A stretch of 64,000 nt of DNA, from IMG/VR virus record IMGVR_UViG_3300008113_011796. One strand, 5' to 3'. The stretch comes from an uncultured virus (IMG/VR IMGVR_UViG_3300008113_011796) (Duplodnaviria > Heunggongvirae > Uroviricota > Caudoviricetes). The position numbers and the translations under genes were made by a program. Position 1 is the first letter of the stretch. Each line of letters opens with the position of its first letter. Positions 9,151 through 19,041 of this stretch are shown piece after piece. The notes under the pieces were generated by a model. The model saw nothing but the letters and a program-made list of their open reading frames with translations. It searched no databases and was not told the origin of the DNA.

Positions 9151-11085
9151 ATGATTAGGATAAAACACTTCGCAGGCTTTCTCGAGGCGCTCAGGCCGTC
9201 GCAGTTCCGCAGGTTCGTTCAGGCGTTCAACCGTGAAAGGTACACAGACATCTTCAAGAAGTACGAGGGCGACAGGAACCACTACAGGATCTACCTGCCG
9301 CTGAAGGGCGAGAAGCTCGACATGAGCGCAGGGCCGGAGAAGGAGGTCACGGACTACCTGGCGGCCGCGGGCTACGAGGTGCTGGACTACGTGAAGGGTA
9401 CTTGCCGTTTCAAGGACGCGAAGAACCCGTCTAAGATAGGCCAGGTTCTTACAAAGCTCGGCGCGAAGGACGACCAGGCGAAGAGGCTCATGAAGGCTTT
9501 CGTGGAGGACGAGGACAGGAAGGCCGGTTCGAAGGAGCAGCTGATGGTAGTCATATCAAGGCACCCTTACGACATAGCTGGTGCGGACACCGACAGGGAC
9601 TGGACGAACTGTATGACCATGGCGCACGGTACCTCGCAGAGGGTCACCAAGAAGTACGACGAGGTCGAGAGGCTGAGAAGGGAGCTCAGGCAGGTGAAGC
9701 AGGAGTGGCAGACGCTCGAGCAGGAGATTGACGAGAGGAAGATCGGCAAGAATTTCACGCCATCTGTGGATAGGGAGCAAAGGCTCAAGGAGCTTCAGAG
9801 GAAGGACGCCGAGATAGACACGAAGATAAACGATCTACTAAGCGAGATTGGTGACAGGGAAGAGACGGGCGCGAACGCCAAATACCTCCTGTACGACGTG
9901 AAGGAGGGCTCGCTCATATCATACCTGGTAAGGAAGGACGACCTCGACATAAAGAACCCTGTATCGGTGCTCAACATAAAGCCCTACATAAGGGAGGCCG
10001 ACGAGGACGGCAAGCAGGACATGGACGACTTCGTGCTCGTGTCTGACGACAGCATGTACGGTAAGAAGGTCGACGCGTTCAAGGCCACGGTCGACGCGTG
10101 GCTCGACGAGGTCAACGGCGAGAAGTTCGGAAGGTTCGAGCTTCACCCTTCGCTTTACGCGGACTCCGACAGGACTTTCCTGAGGGTGGACCCCAGCGGC
10201 CTGGAAAAGCTGAAGACCGTGAGGGGTGTCGAGAAGTGGATCTCTGACAACAACCTAGAAGAGGAGTTCGACGAGGCGCTCGTGCTCATTCAGAGGTCTC
10301 TGGTGGCTATACGAGGAAAAGAAATCTACGCCGATGTCCTAAGGAGCTTCGCCAAGTACATATCGACCGTAAGGGAGTACCCGGGCATGCGCGCGGTCTT
10401 CATGCAGTCGGTGATGTCCGACGACGACCTCGACGAGGATCTCGTGATGGCAGTCGCGAAGGCGACCAAGAGCAGCCTCGAGAGGTCGGCCATACTCTTC
10501 TACTGGAACATAAGGCAGTACCTCTATAATGATACCGATAACGGCAAGGTGTTTTTCGACGGCGTGCTCAAGTACCCGGAGACGGCGGAGTACCTGAAGG
10601 CGGTGACGAAGCGCATCTACTTCTTCAGGAACGCGCTGAAGAACGAGGACGCGTGGACTCTGGAAACCTCTTTCAGGGACCTCGAGTTTGGCAAAATCGA
10701 TGAGGAATACGAGGACCACTACGAATGGCGGTTCAAGAGCGAACCCGGTGCGTGCCACGGCGTCATCGAGGTAAGGGGCAACGCGCACGACGTGCTCTTC
10801 GACATATACGACTACAAGGGCTTCGTCGACTACGACCTGACCGACTATGTTTACTCTATTGCCGATTACGGCAACCATGCTGGATACGTAGCCGCTTTGG
10901 AACCTAAGGACGCGGAGAGGCTTGTCGAGCTTCTCGATACGAGGGTAGTGGAGGTGACCGACGACAATAACGAACTGACGATGAACATTGTTGACCTGGA
11001 CACACCGAAGAAGAAGAAAGAAAATAAGAATAAGAAGTCGAAGAACGAGTCGAGGATATCAGGCTTCGGCGATTTCAGGGTCTAG
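9151..11085 (+). CDS. 644-aa hypothetical protein (coiled-coil insert), candidate internal head protein
   Basis: N-terminal tag MIRIKHFAGFLE, C-terminal 'ESRISGFGDF', late-type box upstream. Confidence 0.8.
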   Translation: MIRIKHFAGFLEALRPSQFRRFVQAFNRERYTDIFKKYEGDRNHYRIYLPLKGEKLDMSAGPEKEVTDYLAAAGYEVLDYVKGTCRFKDAKNPSKIGQVLTKLGAKDDQAKRLMKAFVEDEDRKAGSKEQLMVVISRHPYDIAGADTDRDWTNCMTMAHGTSQRVTKKYDEVERLRRELRQVKQEWQTLEQEIDERKIGKNFTPSVDREQRLKELQRKDAEIDTKINDLLSEIGDREETGANAKYLLYDVKEGSLISYLVRKDDLDIKNPVSVLNIKPYIREADEDGKQDMDDFVLVSDDSMYGKKVDAFKATVDAWLDEVNGEKFGRFELHPSLYADSDRTFLRVDPSGLEKLKTVRGVEKWISDNNLEEEFDEALVLIQRSLVAIRGKEIYADVLRSFAKYISTVREYPGMRAVFMQSVMSDDDLDEDLVMAVAKATKSSLERSAILFYWNIRQYLYNDTDNGKVFFDGVLKYPETAEYLKAVTKRIYFFRNALKNEDAWTLETSFRDLEFGKIDEEYEDHYEWRFKSEPGACHGVIEVRGNAHDVLFDIYDYKGFVDYDLTDYVYSIADYGNHAGYVAALEPKDAERLVELLDTRVVEVTDDNNELTMNIVDLDTPKKKKENKNKKSKNESRISGFGDFRV

Positions 11086-11690
11086 CGCTTCGCGTATACC
11101 ATGAAGAGGCACGTGTTCGCGTGTGCCCTCTCAAAAGAGATTCGAAACCCAGACTCAGTAAGCCTTTCCAATAGTGAGGTGAGCCTTAGGCAGGAGTCGG
11201 CGGCGGTCTGTGCGTCGGAGATCTTCTCGAATACTCCCCATAGGTGGACCTCCATGGATATCTTTCCGACCTTTTCCAGTGTATCGTCGCCTACTTTCGA
11301 AAGCAGGTCGAACTCCCAACCCTCTATGTCTATCTTCAGGAAGTCTATTCTTTCCAAACCGCCTGCACTCATTATCGATTCTATTGTGAATTCGCCACCG
11401 ACCTTCTCGTTAAGCGCCATCACGTTTTCGCCATCAGTGTTCCTTACGAGGTACTCGTGCACGTTAGAGTCCGCCTCGACCGAGACGACCTTGCTGGCTC
11501 CGCGGCTAAGCGCGTACCTGGCGAATATCCCGATGCTTGCGCCACAGTCAACCACTATGTCACCCGGCATAATCCCGACGTCGTACTTCTCGTACTCGGC
11601 CTCGTTCCATATCTCTTGGTGGAAGCTCCTGTAGTTGTTTATCCTTTCTTCGTCCCAAGAAGGATCGGTTTTGAAGTCCTCGAATCTCAT
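11082..11690 (-). CDS. FkbM-family SAM-dependent methyltransferase
   Basis: 'VVDCGASIGIF', 'VSVEAD', 'IDFLKIDIEGWE'. Confidence 0.88.
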   Translation of the reverse strand: MRFEDFKTDPSWDEERINNYRSFHQEIWNEAEYEKYDVGIMPGDIVVDCGASIGIFARYALSRGASKVVSVEADSNVHEYLVRNTDGENVMALNEKVGGEFTIESIMSAGGLERIDFLKIDIEGWEFDLLSKVGDDTLEKVGKISMEVHLWGVFEKISDAQTAADSCLRLTSLLERLTESGFRISFERAHANTCLFMVYAKR

Positions 11691-11715
11691 ATATACTTTT
11701 ATCGGATTTTTTTAT

Positions 11716-11723
11716 TATGTTTG
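11716..11723 (+). promoter_or_regulatory. Bacteroidota-type -7 promoter (TATGTTTG)
   Basis: Exact TAnnTTTG, 6 nt before ATG 11730. Confidence 0.65.
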
Positions 11724-11729
11724 TACATT

Positions 11730-12065
11730 ATGAAGGATAACTATTTGCAGCCGATCATCAACAAGATGAAGTGGCGTATCGGTCAACCGGACACGGAGAC
11801 CGCCAAGCTCGCTGAGATAATAAGGATTGCGTTCGAGTTCCGCGAGTCGATACTCGAGAGTGACGTCTCGATGGATCACGACCGCCAGAACGTTATCGAG
11901 TTCACGGAGGTAATCGTGAGTGCCAACCACCGGGCTCACCAGATCCTGAACGGTATAGACGTTCCTGTCGAGGAGGAGATTGAGAGTGCCATCAAAGAGG
12001 TTGAAATGGAAATGAACAAGAAACATGGATATACAAGACAAAATAGAACTGAACAAGAAGATTAG
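11730..12065 (+). CDS. Hypothetical protein
   Basis: ATG at 11730 after the promoter box (MKDNYLQPII...). The longer ORF-track start overlaps the FkbM gene. Confidence 0.7.
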   Translation: MKDNYLQPIINKMKWRIGQPDTETAKLAEIIRIAFEFRESILESDVSMDHDRQNVIEFTEVIVSANHRAHQILNGIDVPVEEEIESAIKEVEMEMNKKHGYTRQNRTEQED

Positions 12066-12213
12066 GAAGTACGAGGGATCGAACGGGTTCCTGCTCTCGC
12101 TTCAGAAGACCTTGAAGGTCGGAAAGTTCGTTGAGCGTGTCGAGCACGACGGAAAGACCGTCAAGCTCCTGACCGACAAGCAGTACGAGGCCGCGAAATC
12201 TTCTTTCGACTAA
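12025..12213 (+). CDS. 62-aa hypothetical protein
   Basis: Coupled ORF with 'YEGSNGFLLSL...LTDKQYEAA'. Confidence 0.7.
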   Translation: MDIQDKIELNKKIRKYEGSNGFLLSLQKTLKVGKFVERVEHDGKTVKLLTDKQYEAAKSSFD

Positions 12214-12242
12214 ACTTCACCAAAGAATTTTTAAATAATCGT

Positions 12243-12464
12243 ATGAGTACAAGAATTTACAAAAGAGATCCTCAGTCTGTTGAGGACAGAAAGCTATTAG
12301 GCACCGTCCACGCGATGGGTACAATCAACGAGTATTACCACGCAAGAGTCAAGACTGGAACACAGACTGACTTCATCTTCCTTATGGTCAGGCACACTAA
12401 GAACAGCGTCAGCGAGTACCAGATCGACGAGAAGGAACTTCCCGAAAACATCAGACCGTTATGA
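12243..12464 (+). CDS. Hypothetical protein
   Basis: 73-aa ORF with ATGA overlap into the next gene. Confidence 0.7.
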   Translation: MSTRIYKRDPQSVEDRKLLGTVHAMGTINEYYHARVKTGTQTDFIFLMVRHTKNSVSEYQIDEKELPENIRPL

Positions 12465-12901
12465 AAAGAGTTGGCTTCACTTGCTCGTGCTTCGACCTGT
12501 TCCACGCAGGGCACATAATGATGCTCAAAGAGGCCAAGACCGTCTGTGAGTACCTCATAGTAGGGCTACAGACAGACCCTACCATAGACAGGCCGGAGAA
12601 GAACCAGCCGATACAGTCTGTTTTCGAGAGGTTCGTCCAGCTGCAGTCGTGTAAATACGTAGACGAGATAGTCGTTTATCAGACAGAGAAAGAGCTTATG
12701 GACATTCTGATGTCCTATCCAATAAATGTGAGGGTTGTAGGTGAGGAGTACAGAGACAAAGACTTCACAGGAAAGAACCTGGAGCACATAGAGATACACT
12801 ACAACGAGCGTAAGCACTCTTTCTCAACCACTGAGCTCAGGGGTCGTGTAATCGACCGCTACAAGCAGTCTATCTTGGGCAATAGATCCTCAGCTGTATA
12901 A
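12461..12901 (+). CDS. Cytidylyltransferase (glycerol-3-phosphate cytidylyltransferase/TagD-like)
   Basis: 'FDLFHAGH' HxGH motif, 'LIVGLQTD', 'KYVDEI', 'RKHSFSTTELR'. Confidence 0.88.
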   Translation: MKRVGFTCSCFDLFHAGHIMMLKEAKTVCEYLIVGLQTDPTIDRPEKNQPIQSVFERFVQLQSCKYVDEIVVYQTEKELMDILMSYPINVRVVGEEYRDKDFTGKNLEHIEIHYNERKHSFSTTELRGRVIDRYKQSILGNRSSAV

Positions 12902-13172
12902 TCGCTGTTCCGTCCTTTATGACGACATCCTGCTCTACCTTCTCACACGAGTCCTTATATACTCTTATGGTATAGGTGCCCGGTCTCACGTCAAGGTAGG
13001 CAACCCCGTTTTCCCCGGTGGTGAAGGTCCTGTTGTCGACCTCGATGCTTACGTTACTCTCAATCTTACCTTCGTTGTTGGTCACGTATGTCTGTATGAC
13101 CCTCGTGAAGTCTTCTTGTTTCGCCGACGTAAGAGTCAGCAAAGTCAGTGCTGCTAAAATGTATCTTCTCAT
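12870..13172 (-). CDS. Secreted small beta-sandwich (carboxypeptidase-regulatory-like) protein
   Basis: Signal peptide MRRYILAALTLLTLTSA, 'TGENGVAYLDVRPGTYTIRV'. AATATATA box 4 nt upstream. Confidence 0.65.
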   Translation of the reverse strand: MRRYILAALTLLTLTSAKQEDFTRVIQTYVTNNEGKIESNVSIEVDNRTFTTGENGVAYLDVRPGTYTIRVYKDSCEKVEQDVVIKDGTAIIQLRIYCPR

Positions 13173-13242
13173 ACATTATATATTAGCGAAATATCGAAAA
13201 AGTATTGTAAGTAAAGCTAAGAAAAGGCTAAGAACCTGCTAC

Positions 13243-13866
13243 TCAAACCAGCTTCTTGTTGACTATCTGCCTTCCCTCTACCTTGCCGACCTCTAGGTAG
13301 TCGAAACCAGGTAGCTCTGCAATCTTCTGGTCTCCGAACGCGGGAACGAAGTCGCCACTCTCGTCGACCTGCCCTCTCGCGATGGCGTAGCACGCCTGCC
13401 CTACCACCTCGGTGAACAGTGCCGGCCTGGCTATCGGAGGTGCCAGCCTAGCGTGTGTGTTGTACGCCTTCAGCTCGCCTTTCAATCCGAAGTCCTGGTT
13501 GCACACGATGTGCGTGTAGTAGTCGTGGACGGCCCTGAACTTCAGGTTCTCCTCCGGCGTGAAGACCGGGTGATCGTTGAACAGCTTGCTTATCTTGAGA
13601 ACCCCGTTGTTGTTGACGTCGTCCGCCATCTGGTCCCTGTCCTCGTAGGGGTCGTACTCGACGAACTGGACGTCGATGCCTGATCCTATGATCTTAGGGT
13701 AGAGCTTGTTCACCGCGTGGTCTATCAGCGCCCTGTATGAGGGCAGGACCTTCTCGTCGTACTCAGGCGCAGCCTCGTAGGCGTCCGCCACCAACTCCGC
13801 GTACTCGTCGTAGTTTATTAGAACCAGCTTCTCGTTGAACGCGCTGAAGTTTTGTATGTGTCTCAT
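13243..13866 (-). CDS. Conserved phage hypothetical protein (HDxxxH motif) with N-terminal tag
   Basis: MRHIQNFSAFNE, 'FRAVHDYYTH...GELKAYNTH...LFTEVVGQ'. Late box at 13872-13879. Confidence 0.8.
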   Translation of the reverse strand: MRHIQNFSAFNEKLVLINYDEYAELVADAYEAAPEYDEKVLPSYRALIDHAVNKLYPKIIGSGIDVQFVEYDPYEDRDQMADDVNNNGVLKISKLFNDHPVFTPEENLKFRAVHDYYTHIVCNQDFGLKGELKAYNTHARLAPPIARPALFTEVVGQACYAIARGQVDESGDFVPAFGDQKIAELPGFDYLEVGKVEGRQIVNKKLV

Positions 13867-13886
13867 AGTTTTATATATTATTTCCT

Positions 13887-13894
13887 TATATTTG
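13887..13894 (+). promoter_or_regulatory. Bacteroidota-type -7 promoter (TATATTTG)
   Basis: Exact consensus, 4 nt before the RNA ligase ATG, back-to-back with a late box on the minus strand. Confidence 0.7.
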
Positions 13895-13898
13895 CATT

Positions 13899-15122
13899 AT
13901 GAACTACAGGATACCATCATACGAAGAGGCGGTCACTCTTACCATAGGCAAGAGGTACGTGGCCGAGATAGACCAGTACTTAGACGCTGCGTTCTACGAG
14001 GCGAAGCTTGTCGTTGACGGATACAGAGTTTCCGTGTTCAACTACAGGCTAGCGGGCAACGCGGACTTCAAGGACAACGACGCCTACGAGATGCGCGGGC
14101 TTGCCTACGTTTTCGACCACGAAGGAACCTACAAATCATACAGACTGCTACACAAGTTCTTCAACCTGAACCAGGTCGAGGACACCCAATACTCTGTCGT
14201 GAAGGATAGAAAGGTACGTTCCGTCTACTCGAAGGAGGACGGATCCGTCGGCTCGTTCATAAGGCTGCCTAACGGAAGAGTGGTGGCGAAGTCTAAGATG
14301 GCCTTCGAGTCCGACCAGGCGTTGGGAATGCTTTCCATATACCAGTGCAACGAAGAGATAAGGAGGTTCGTCGACTGGTCTCTGGACAACGATCTGGTTG
14401 CGGTGTTCGAGTACGTCGCACCACACAACAGGATAGTCCTACGATATGCCAAAGAGGAGCTCATACTCCTCAGGCTTCGCGACAACAAGACCGGCGAGTA
14501 CCTGGATCTGAACGACTACGCCGACAGGATAGGAAGCATAAGGACCGCAGTGAGCTACGACTACTCACTTGACGAGCTCGTCGCTATGGCGGAGACCGTC
14601 GAGGATATGGAAGGATGGGTCGTCGACCTAGACGGCCTGTTCGTTAAGCTGAAGACCAAATGGTACTTCGAGAGGCACGGCCTCCTTACCGAGGACCTGT
14701 ACCGCGAGAACAGGCTGGTTGCCTACGTTCTCGACGAGAAGATAGACGACGTGCTGTCGCAGATACCTGAGGACGAGAAGGAGTCTCACGCCAGAATAGA
14801 GAGGATAGTGGCCGCAGTTACCAAGGAGGCCGACCGCAGGGCGGCATCGATACTGGCTGACTACGAAGTCTACAAGACCATGGCCGACGGCTTCGACTGG
14901 GACAAAGGAGTTAGGGAAGGAATGATGCGGAAGAGGTACGCCCAGCTCTACAGGAAGACCGAGAACTTCGGCGCTGTCATGGAGGTGGCTAAGGGCAAGG
15001 ACGTCTACGACATAGTGAAGGAGAAGCTCGCTAAGGAAACCTACAGGCTAGAGAACGCCAGGAAGTTGCTGAGCGGCGTGGATCCAGGCCTTTCCTACAG
15101 GAACGCGAAGGCGGAGGACTGA
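13899..15122 (+). CDS. T4 Rnl1/RnlA-family RNA ligase
   Basis: 'EMRGL', 'KFFNLNQ', motif I 'KEDGS', 'FEYVAPHNRIV', 'EGWVV', 'KLKTKWY'. Confidence 0.92.
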   Translation: MNYRIPSYEEAVTLTIGKRYVAEIDQYLDAAFYEAKLVVDGYRVSVFNYRLAGNADFKDNDAYEMRGLAYVFDHEGTYKSYRLLHKFFNLNQVEDTQYSVVKDRKVRSVYSKEDGSVGSFIRLPNGRVVAKSKMAFESDQALGMLSIYQCNEEIRRFVDWSLDNDLVAVFEYVAPHNRIVLRYAKEELILLRLRDNKTGEYLDLNDYADRIGSIRTAVSYDYSLDELVAMAETVEDMEGWVVDLDGLFVKLKTKWYFERHGLLTEDLYRENRLVAYVLDEKIDDVLSQIPEDEKESHARIERIVAAVTKEADRRAASILADYEVYKTMADGFDWDKGVREGMMRKRYAQLYRKTENFGAVMEVAKGKDVYDIVKEKLAKETYRLENARKLLSGVDPGLSYRNAKAED

Positions 15123-15147
15123 TGTCCTCCGTTTTTATATATAGTGT

Positions 15148-15300
15148 ATGAGGATTAGGAAATTCAAGGACTTCAAGCGAAGGCCGAAGACCAGGATAAA
15201 GAAGGTCTCCGACGCGCCGTACGCGTTCGTTCCTACGGTAAACCAAAAGAGCCCGGCACCTGCCGTGGCGTTTCCTATAGTTAAGTTGGAGACCAACTAA
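15148..15300 (+). CDS. 50-aa protein with N-terminal tag (MRIRKFKDF), below ORF-track cutoff
   Basis: TATATATA box at 15136-15143 then ATG. MRIRKFKDFKRRPKTRIKKVSDAPYAFVPTVNQKSPAPAVAFPIVKLETN. Confidence 0.6.
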   Translation: MRIRKFKDFKRRPKTRIKKVSDAPYAFVPTVNQKSPAPAVAFPIVKLETN

Positions 15301-15347
15301 ACTTACCCCGTTATTTCACATATACTAGCATGCTTCGGGCTGATATA

Positions 15348-15387
15348 CTGACATTGCGTCAGGTAAAATTTGTGGTGCGGCATTTGA
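15348..15387 (+). promoter_or_regulatory. Inverted repeat CTGAC-N5-GTCAG plus GG-N10-GA (-24/-12-like) element upstream of dnaK
   Basis: CTGACATTGCGTCAG at 15348-15362, TGGTGCGGCATTTGA at 15373-15387. Confidence 0.45.
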
Positions 15388-15418
15388 CAATGTATTATCA
15401 AAAAAACAAAAAATAAAT

Positions 15419-17305
15419 ATGAGCAAAAACGTAATTTTGGGGATTGATCTCGGGACAACCAACTCTTGCCTCGCAGTGGTCGAGGGTGGTGAGCCGGTTG
15501 TAATCTCGAACGCGGAAGGTAAGAGAACTACGCCTTCGATTGTTTCTTTTTCAGGAACTGAGAGAAAGATTGGTGACCCTGCTAAGAGACAGGCGGTTAC
15601 TAACCCTAAGAACACGGTGTACTCTATCAAGAGGTTCATCGGTAAAGACTACTCTGTCTGTACGGACGAGGTGACGAGAGTTCCTTACGAGGTCAAGAAG
15701 TCCGCTTCTAACATTCCTGTTGTGAACATCGACGGGCGCGAGTACACACCGCAGGAGATTTCAGCGATGATCCTTCAGAAGATGAAGAAGACTGCTGAGG
15801 ACTATCTTGGCTACGAGGTCAACCGTGCCGTGATTACAGTTCCTGCTTACTTCGGTGACGCTGAGAGAACTGCCACTATCGAGGCTGGTGAGATTGCAGG
15901 CCTGAAGGTTGAGAGGATCATCAACGAGCCTACCGCGGCAGCTTTGGCATACGGCCTGGACAAGAAGAACACTGACGCTAAGATCCTCGTGTTCGACTGC
16001 GGTGGTGGTACTCACGACGTTTCGGTTCTCGAGATCGGTGACGGTGTTTTCGAGGTGAAGTCTACCGACGGTGACACTCACTTAGGTGGTGACGACTTCG
16101 ACAACGCGATCATCGAGTGGATGGTTGAGGAGTTCAAGTCAGAGAACGCTATGGACCTTTCTAAGGACCCGATGGCACTTCAGAGGTTGAAGGACGCTGC
16201 TGAGAAGGCTAAGATTGAGCTTTCGTCTACTAGCGAGAGTGAGATCAACCTTCCTTATATCACTGCTAAGGACGGCCTTCCTTTGCACTTCGTGAAGAAG
16301 CTTACCAAGGCTAAGTTCGAGCAGATGACTGCCAAGCTTGTCGAGAGGGCTATCGCTTGTGCAAAGTCTGCGTTGAAGAACGCTAACTTGAAGCCGGCTG
16401 ACATCGACGAGGTTATCTTGGTCGGTGGTTCTACGAGGATCCCTGCTATCCAGGACGCCATCGAGAAGTACGTGGGCAAGAAGCCTAACCGTTCTGTGAA
16501 CCCTGACGAGGTTGTTGCGCTTGGTGCTGCGATTCAAGGTGCTGTTCTGTCTGGTGGTATCACTGACGTTCTTCTTCTCGACGTTACTCCGCTTTCTCTG
16601 GGTATCGAGACTATGGGCTCGGTTTTCACTAAGTTGATTGAGGCTAACACCACAATTCCTACGAAGAAGAGCGAGACTTTCTCGACTGCGGCTGACAACC
16701 AGCCTTCTGTTGAGCTTCACGTTCTCCAGGGTGAGAGGGCTATGGCCAAAGACAACAGGTCGTTGGGTAGGTTCAACCTCGACGGCATCATGCCTGCGCC
16801 GAGAGGAATTCCTCAGATAGAGGTGACATTTGACATAGATGCAAATGGTATTCTTTCAGTTTCCGCTAAGGACAAGGCTACTGGCAAGCAGAACTCAATC
16901 AGGATCGAGGGCGGTTCGCAGCTGACTAAGGAGGAGATTGAGAAGATGAAGGCTGAGGCTGAGGCTAACGCTGAGGCTGACAGGCTCGAGAGAGAGAAGG
17001 TTGAGAAGCTCAACGCTGCTGACAGCACGATCTTCCAGACTGAGAGACAGATGAAGGAGTTCGGCGAGAAGCTTACAGAGGAGGACAAGACCGCTATCAA
17101 CGAGAAGCTTGACACTTTGAAGAAAGCGCACGCTGACGCGGACGTTGCCGCCATCGACAGCTCTATCCAGGCTCTGAACGAGACTTGGGGACCTATCAGC
17201 ACCAGGCTGTACCAAGAAAGCGCGAGCGCCACTGCGGAGCCTACGGCTGAGGCGACAGGTTCCGAGGAGGTTCAGGACGTCGACTTCGAGGACGTGAAGA
17301 ACTAA
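15419..17305 (+). CDS. dnaK: Chaperone DnaK (Hsp70)
   Basis: 'GIDLGTTNS', 'TVPAYF', '[12 protein letters not shown]', '[16 protein letters not shown]', C-terminal '[10 protein letters not shown]'. Confidence 0.99.
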   Translation: MSKNVILGIDLGTTNSCLAVVEGGEPVVISNAEGKRTTPSIVSFSGTERKIGDPAKRQAVTNPKNTVYSIKRFIGKDYSVCTDEVTRVPYEVKKSASNIPVVNIDGREYTPQEISAMILQKMKKTAEDYLGYEVNRAVITVPAYFGDAERTATIEAGEIAGLKVERIINEPTAAALAYGLDKKNTDAKILVFDCGGGTHDVSVLEIGDGVFEVKSTDGDTHLGGDDFDNAIIEWMVEEFKSENAMDLSKDPMALQRLKDAAEKAKIELSSTSESEINLPYITAKDGLPLHFVKKLTKAKFEQMTAKLVERAIACAKSALKNANLKPADIDEVILVGGSTRIPAIQDAIEKYVGKKPNRSVNPDEVVALGAAIQGAVLSGGITDVLLLDVTPLSLGIETMGSVFTKLIEANTTIPTKKSETFSTAADNQPSVELHVLQGERAMAKDNRSLGRFNLDGIMPAPRGIPQIEVTFDIDANGILSVSAKDKATGKQNSIRIEGGSQLTKEEIEKMKAEAEANAEADRLEREKVEKLNAADSTIFQTERQMKEFGEKLTEEDKTAINEKLDTLKKAHADADVAAIDSSIQALNETWGPISTRLYQESASATAEPTAEATGSEEVQDVDFEDVKN

Positions 17306-17321
17306 TCTTCAATCTTTTTTG

Positions 17322-17349
17322 AGATGGCCCTTCGGGGCCATCTTTTTTT
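17322..17349 (+). terminator. Intrinsic terminator after dnaK
   Basis: AGATGGCCC-TTCG-GGGCCATCT followed by a T-tract. Confidence 0.9.
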
Positions 17350-17352
17350 AAC

Positions 17353-17360
17353 TATATTTG
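17353..17360 (+). promoter_or_regulatory. Bacteroidota-type -7 promoter (TATATTTG)
   Basis: Exact consensus directly after the terminator, upstream of ORF 17380. Confidence 0.6.
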
Positions 17361-17379
17361 TAGGAATAAAACAGACATT

Positions 17380-17718
17380 ATGGAAAAGCAAGAGATTTTT
17401 GAGAAGTTCACCGATTTTATTAAACATGCCGGAATTGTTGAAAGAGAGTATCCTGAGATTTTGGAGAAGCACGGAGTATTGGATATCACCTCTGGTTTCG
17501 CGGACAAATTAGACAGCATCGGAGATCCTTTCGAGAGGTTGATTGTGAGCGTCTACTGCGTTGACCAGTTGGAAGTAGCTCAGGTAGAAGAGATGATGGC
17601 ATTAAGGAAAAGACACGAGAACTTGTTGTATGTTGTGTTGAGTGCGAATAAGGACAGAATCGACGAGGCAAAAAAACACTTCGAGAAGTACATCTCTGGT
17701 TTCGAGACGGCGAAATAA
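17380..17718 (+). CDS. Hypothetical protein
   Basis: 112-aa ORF after the promoter box. Confidence 0.75.
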   Translation: MEKQEIFEKFTDFIKHAGIVEREYPEILEKHGVLDITSGFADKLDSIGDPFERLIVSVYCVDQLEVAQVEEMMALRKRHENLLYVVLSANKDRIDEAKKHFEKYISGFETAK

Positions 17719-17726
17719 ATATACAG

Positions 17727-17903
17727 GTGAAGAAGTTTAGACTGCCAAGAAAGACTAAGAAGAGACTCAGCGGTTTCTACCTTCTGCCTTCCGACAAGGA
17801 CGGGAACAGGCAGTGGTGCAACCCGAAGTCCTCGCAGCAGGAGTACGACGACGTGAGGCTCGGAAGGGCTGAAGATATGATGAAGACATGGAGAATAAGG
17901 TAA
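17727..17903 (+). CDS. 58-aa basic hypothetical protein (GTG start)
   Basis: VKKFRLPRKTKKRLSGFYLLPSDKDGNRQW...; fills the gap, with an AAATATAC box upstream. Confidence 0.5.
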   Translation: MKKFRLPRKTKKRLSGFYLLPSDKDGNRQWCNPKSSQQEYDDVRLGRAEDMMKTWRIR

Positions 17904-18301
17904 GCTTGGCGGCCACGGCCTTGATATACAAAGGTGGCGTTTTCGAGTCGGAGCTGCTCGGCGTATCCAGGAAGGACAACGCCGAGCTGTTCGGTCTTCC
18001 CGGTGGCAAGGTCGACCCGGGAGAGGACACCTACGCTGCGATGGTGCGCGAGGTGTTCGAGGAGACCGGCCTTTGTGTCGAGAAGGCGATACCGTTTTTC
18101 TTCCGAGAGGAGGACGGGTTTCTGGCTGTTGTCTACCTGGTCACGAAGTGGTGCGGCGATGTTTCTACGACCGAGGCGGGAAGGGTCGAGTGGATCGACT
18201 TCGAGGTGCTGAAGCGCGGATCCTTCGCGGAGTATAACGCGAGGCTCGAGGATCACATCGCTTCTCTTGCGTACGTATACCTTTCATTCTTCAACAACTA
18301 A
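17888..18301 (+). CDS. Nudix hydrolase
   Basis: Nudix box 'GGKVDPGEDTYAAMVREVFEETGL'. Confidence 0.93.
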   Translation: MENKVSLAATALIYKGGVFESELLGVSRKDNAELFGLPGGKVDPGEDTYAAMVREVFEETGLCVEKAIPFFFREEDGFLAVVYLVTKWCGDVSTTEAGRVEWIDFEVLKRGSFAEYNARLEDHIASLAYVYLSFFNN

Positions 18302-18326
18302 TCGATAAAATAGTTATATTTAGGGT

Positions 18327-18773
18327 ATGAGAATTTACATAGACATGGACGATACCTTGTGTGACTACACCAAGGCAATCAGAGAGGCCAAGGCCAAGAA
18401 CCCGTCACAGCCATACCCGCAGGCGCAGTGGGGTTTCTTCAGTGACCTCGAGCCTCTACCAGGTGCGCTCGATGCGGTATCTGGGCTGAGACGTCTTGGG
18501 CACGACGTTTGGCTGCTTTCGAGACCTTCGGCGAAGAACCTGAACAGTTATAGCGAGAAGGCTTACTGGGTTCAGAAGTATTTTGGTGACGACATGGTCG
18601 AAAGGCTTATACTGGCTTGTAACAAATCACTTGTGAAAGGAGACTACCTCGTCGACGATCAGGGTGGCTTCGGCCAGGAGGAGTTTGAGGGCGAGTGGCT
18701 TCGATTCGGTTCCGAAGAGTTTCCTGACTGGAGCACTGTGCTGAGCTACGTGTTGGGTCAGCTGCCGTATTAA
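18327..18773 (+). CDS. 5'(3')-deoxyribonucleotidase (NT5C-like HAD)
   Basis: 'IYIDMDDTLCD', 'LEPLPGA', 'SEKAYWV', 'GDYLVDD'. TATATTTA box 4 nt upstream. Confidence 0.88.
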   Translation: MRIYIDMDDTLCDYTKAIREAKAKNPSQPYPQAQWGFFSDLEPLPGALDAVSGLRRLGHDVWLLSRPSAKNLNSYSEKAYWVQKYFGDDMVERLILACNKSLVKGDYLVDDQGGFGQEEFEGEWLRFGSEEFPDWSTVLSYVLGQLPY

Positions 18774-18801
18774 TCCAATCTCCTTCTTTAATATATAGAA
18801 T

Positions 18802-19041
18802 ATGAAGAAGGAGGTCATAAAAGCCATAAAGATAATGGGCGTGGGCACCACGGAGATACTTATGGACTTCAACCTCAGTGTCGGAGTTTTCAATTCAATA
18901 GAATGGAGCCCGTCAGATAACAGGATATGGCTTCATATGTTCTCTGGTGACGACTTTCAGCTCAGCGTCGACTGGTCGGATCTGGAGGAGGATGACCAGA
19001 TGGAGGTCTACGTCATCGTGAGGTCGATACTCTACAACTGA
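18802..19041 (+). CDS. Hypothetical protein
   Basis: 79 aa, AATATATA box at 18790-18797. Confidence 0.7.
   Translation: MKKEVIKAIKIMGVGTTEILMDFNLSVGVFNSIEWSPSDNRIWLHMFSGDDFQLSVDWSDLEEDDQMEVYVIVRSILYN

Noticed and set aside
5613..17305. Interpretation as a bacterial chromosome segment because of dnaK/dnaJ/grpE/nusG/CCA
   Set aside because: These genes lack their bacterial operon contexts (e.g. no secE/rplK around nusG) and are interleaved with T4-like ligase, topoisomerase, RNase H, fibres and many short hypotheticals.
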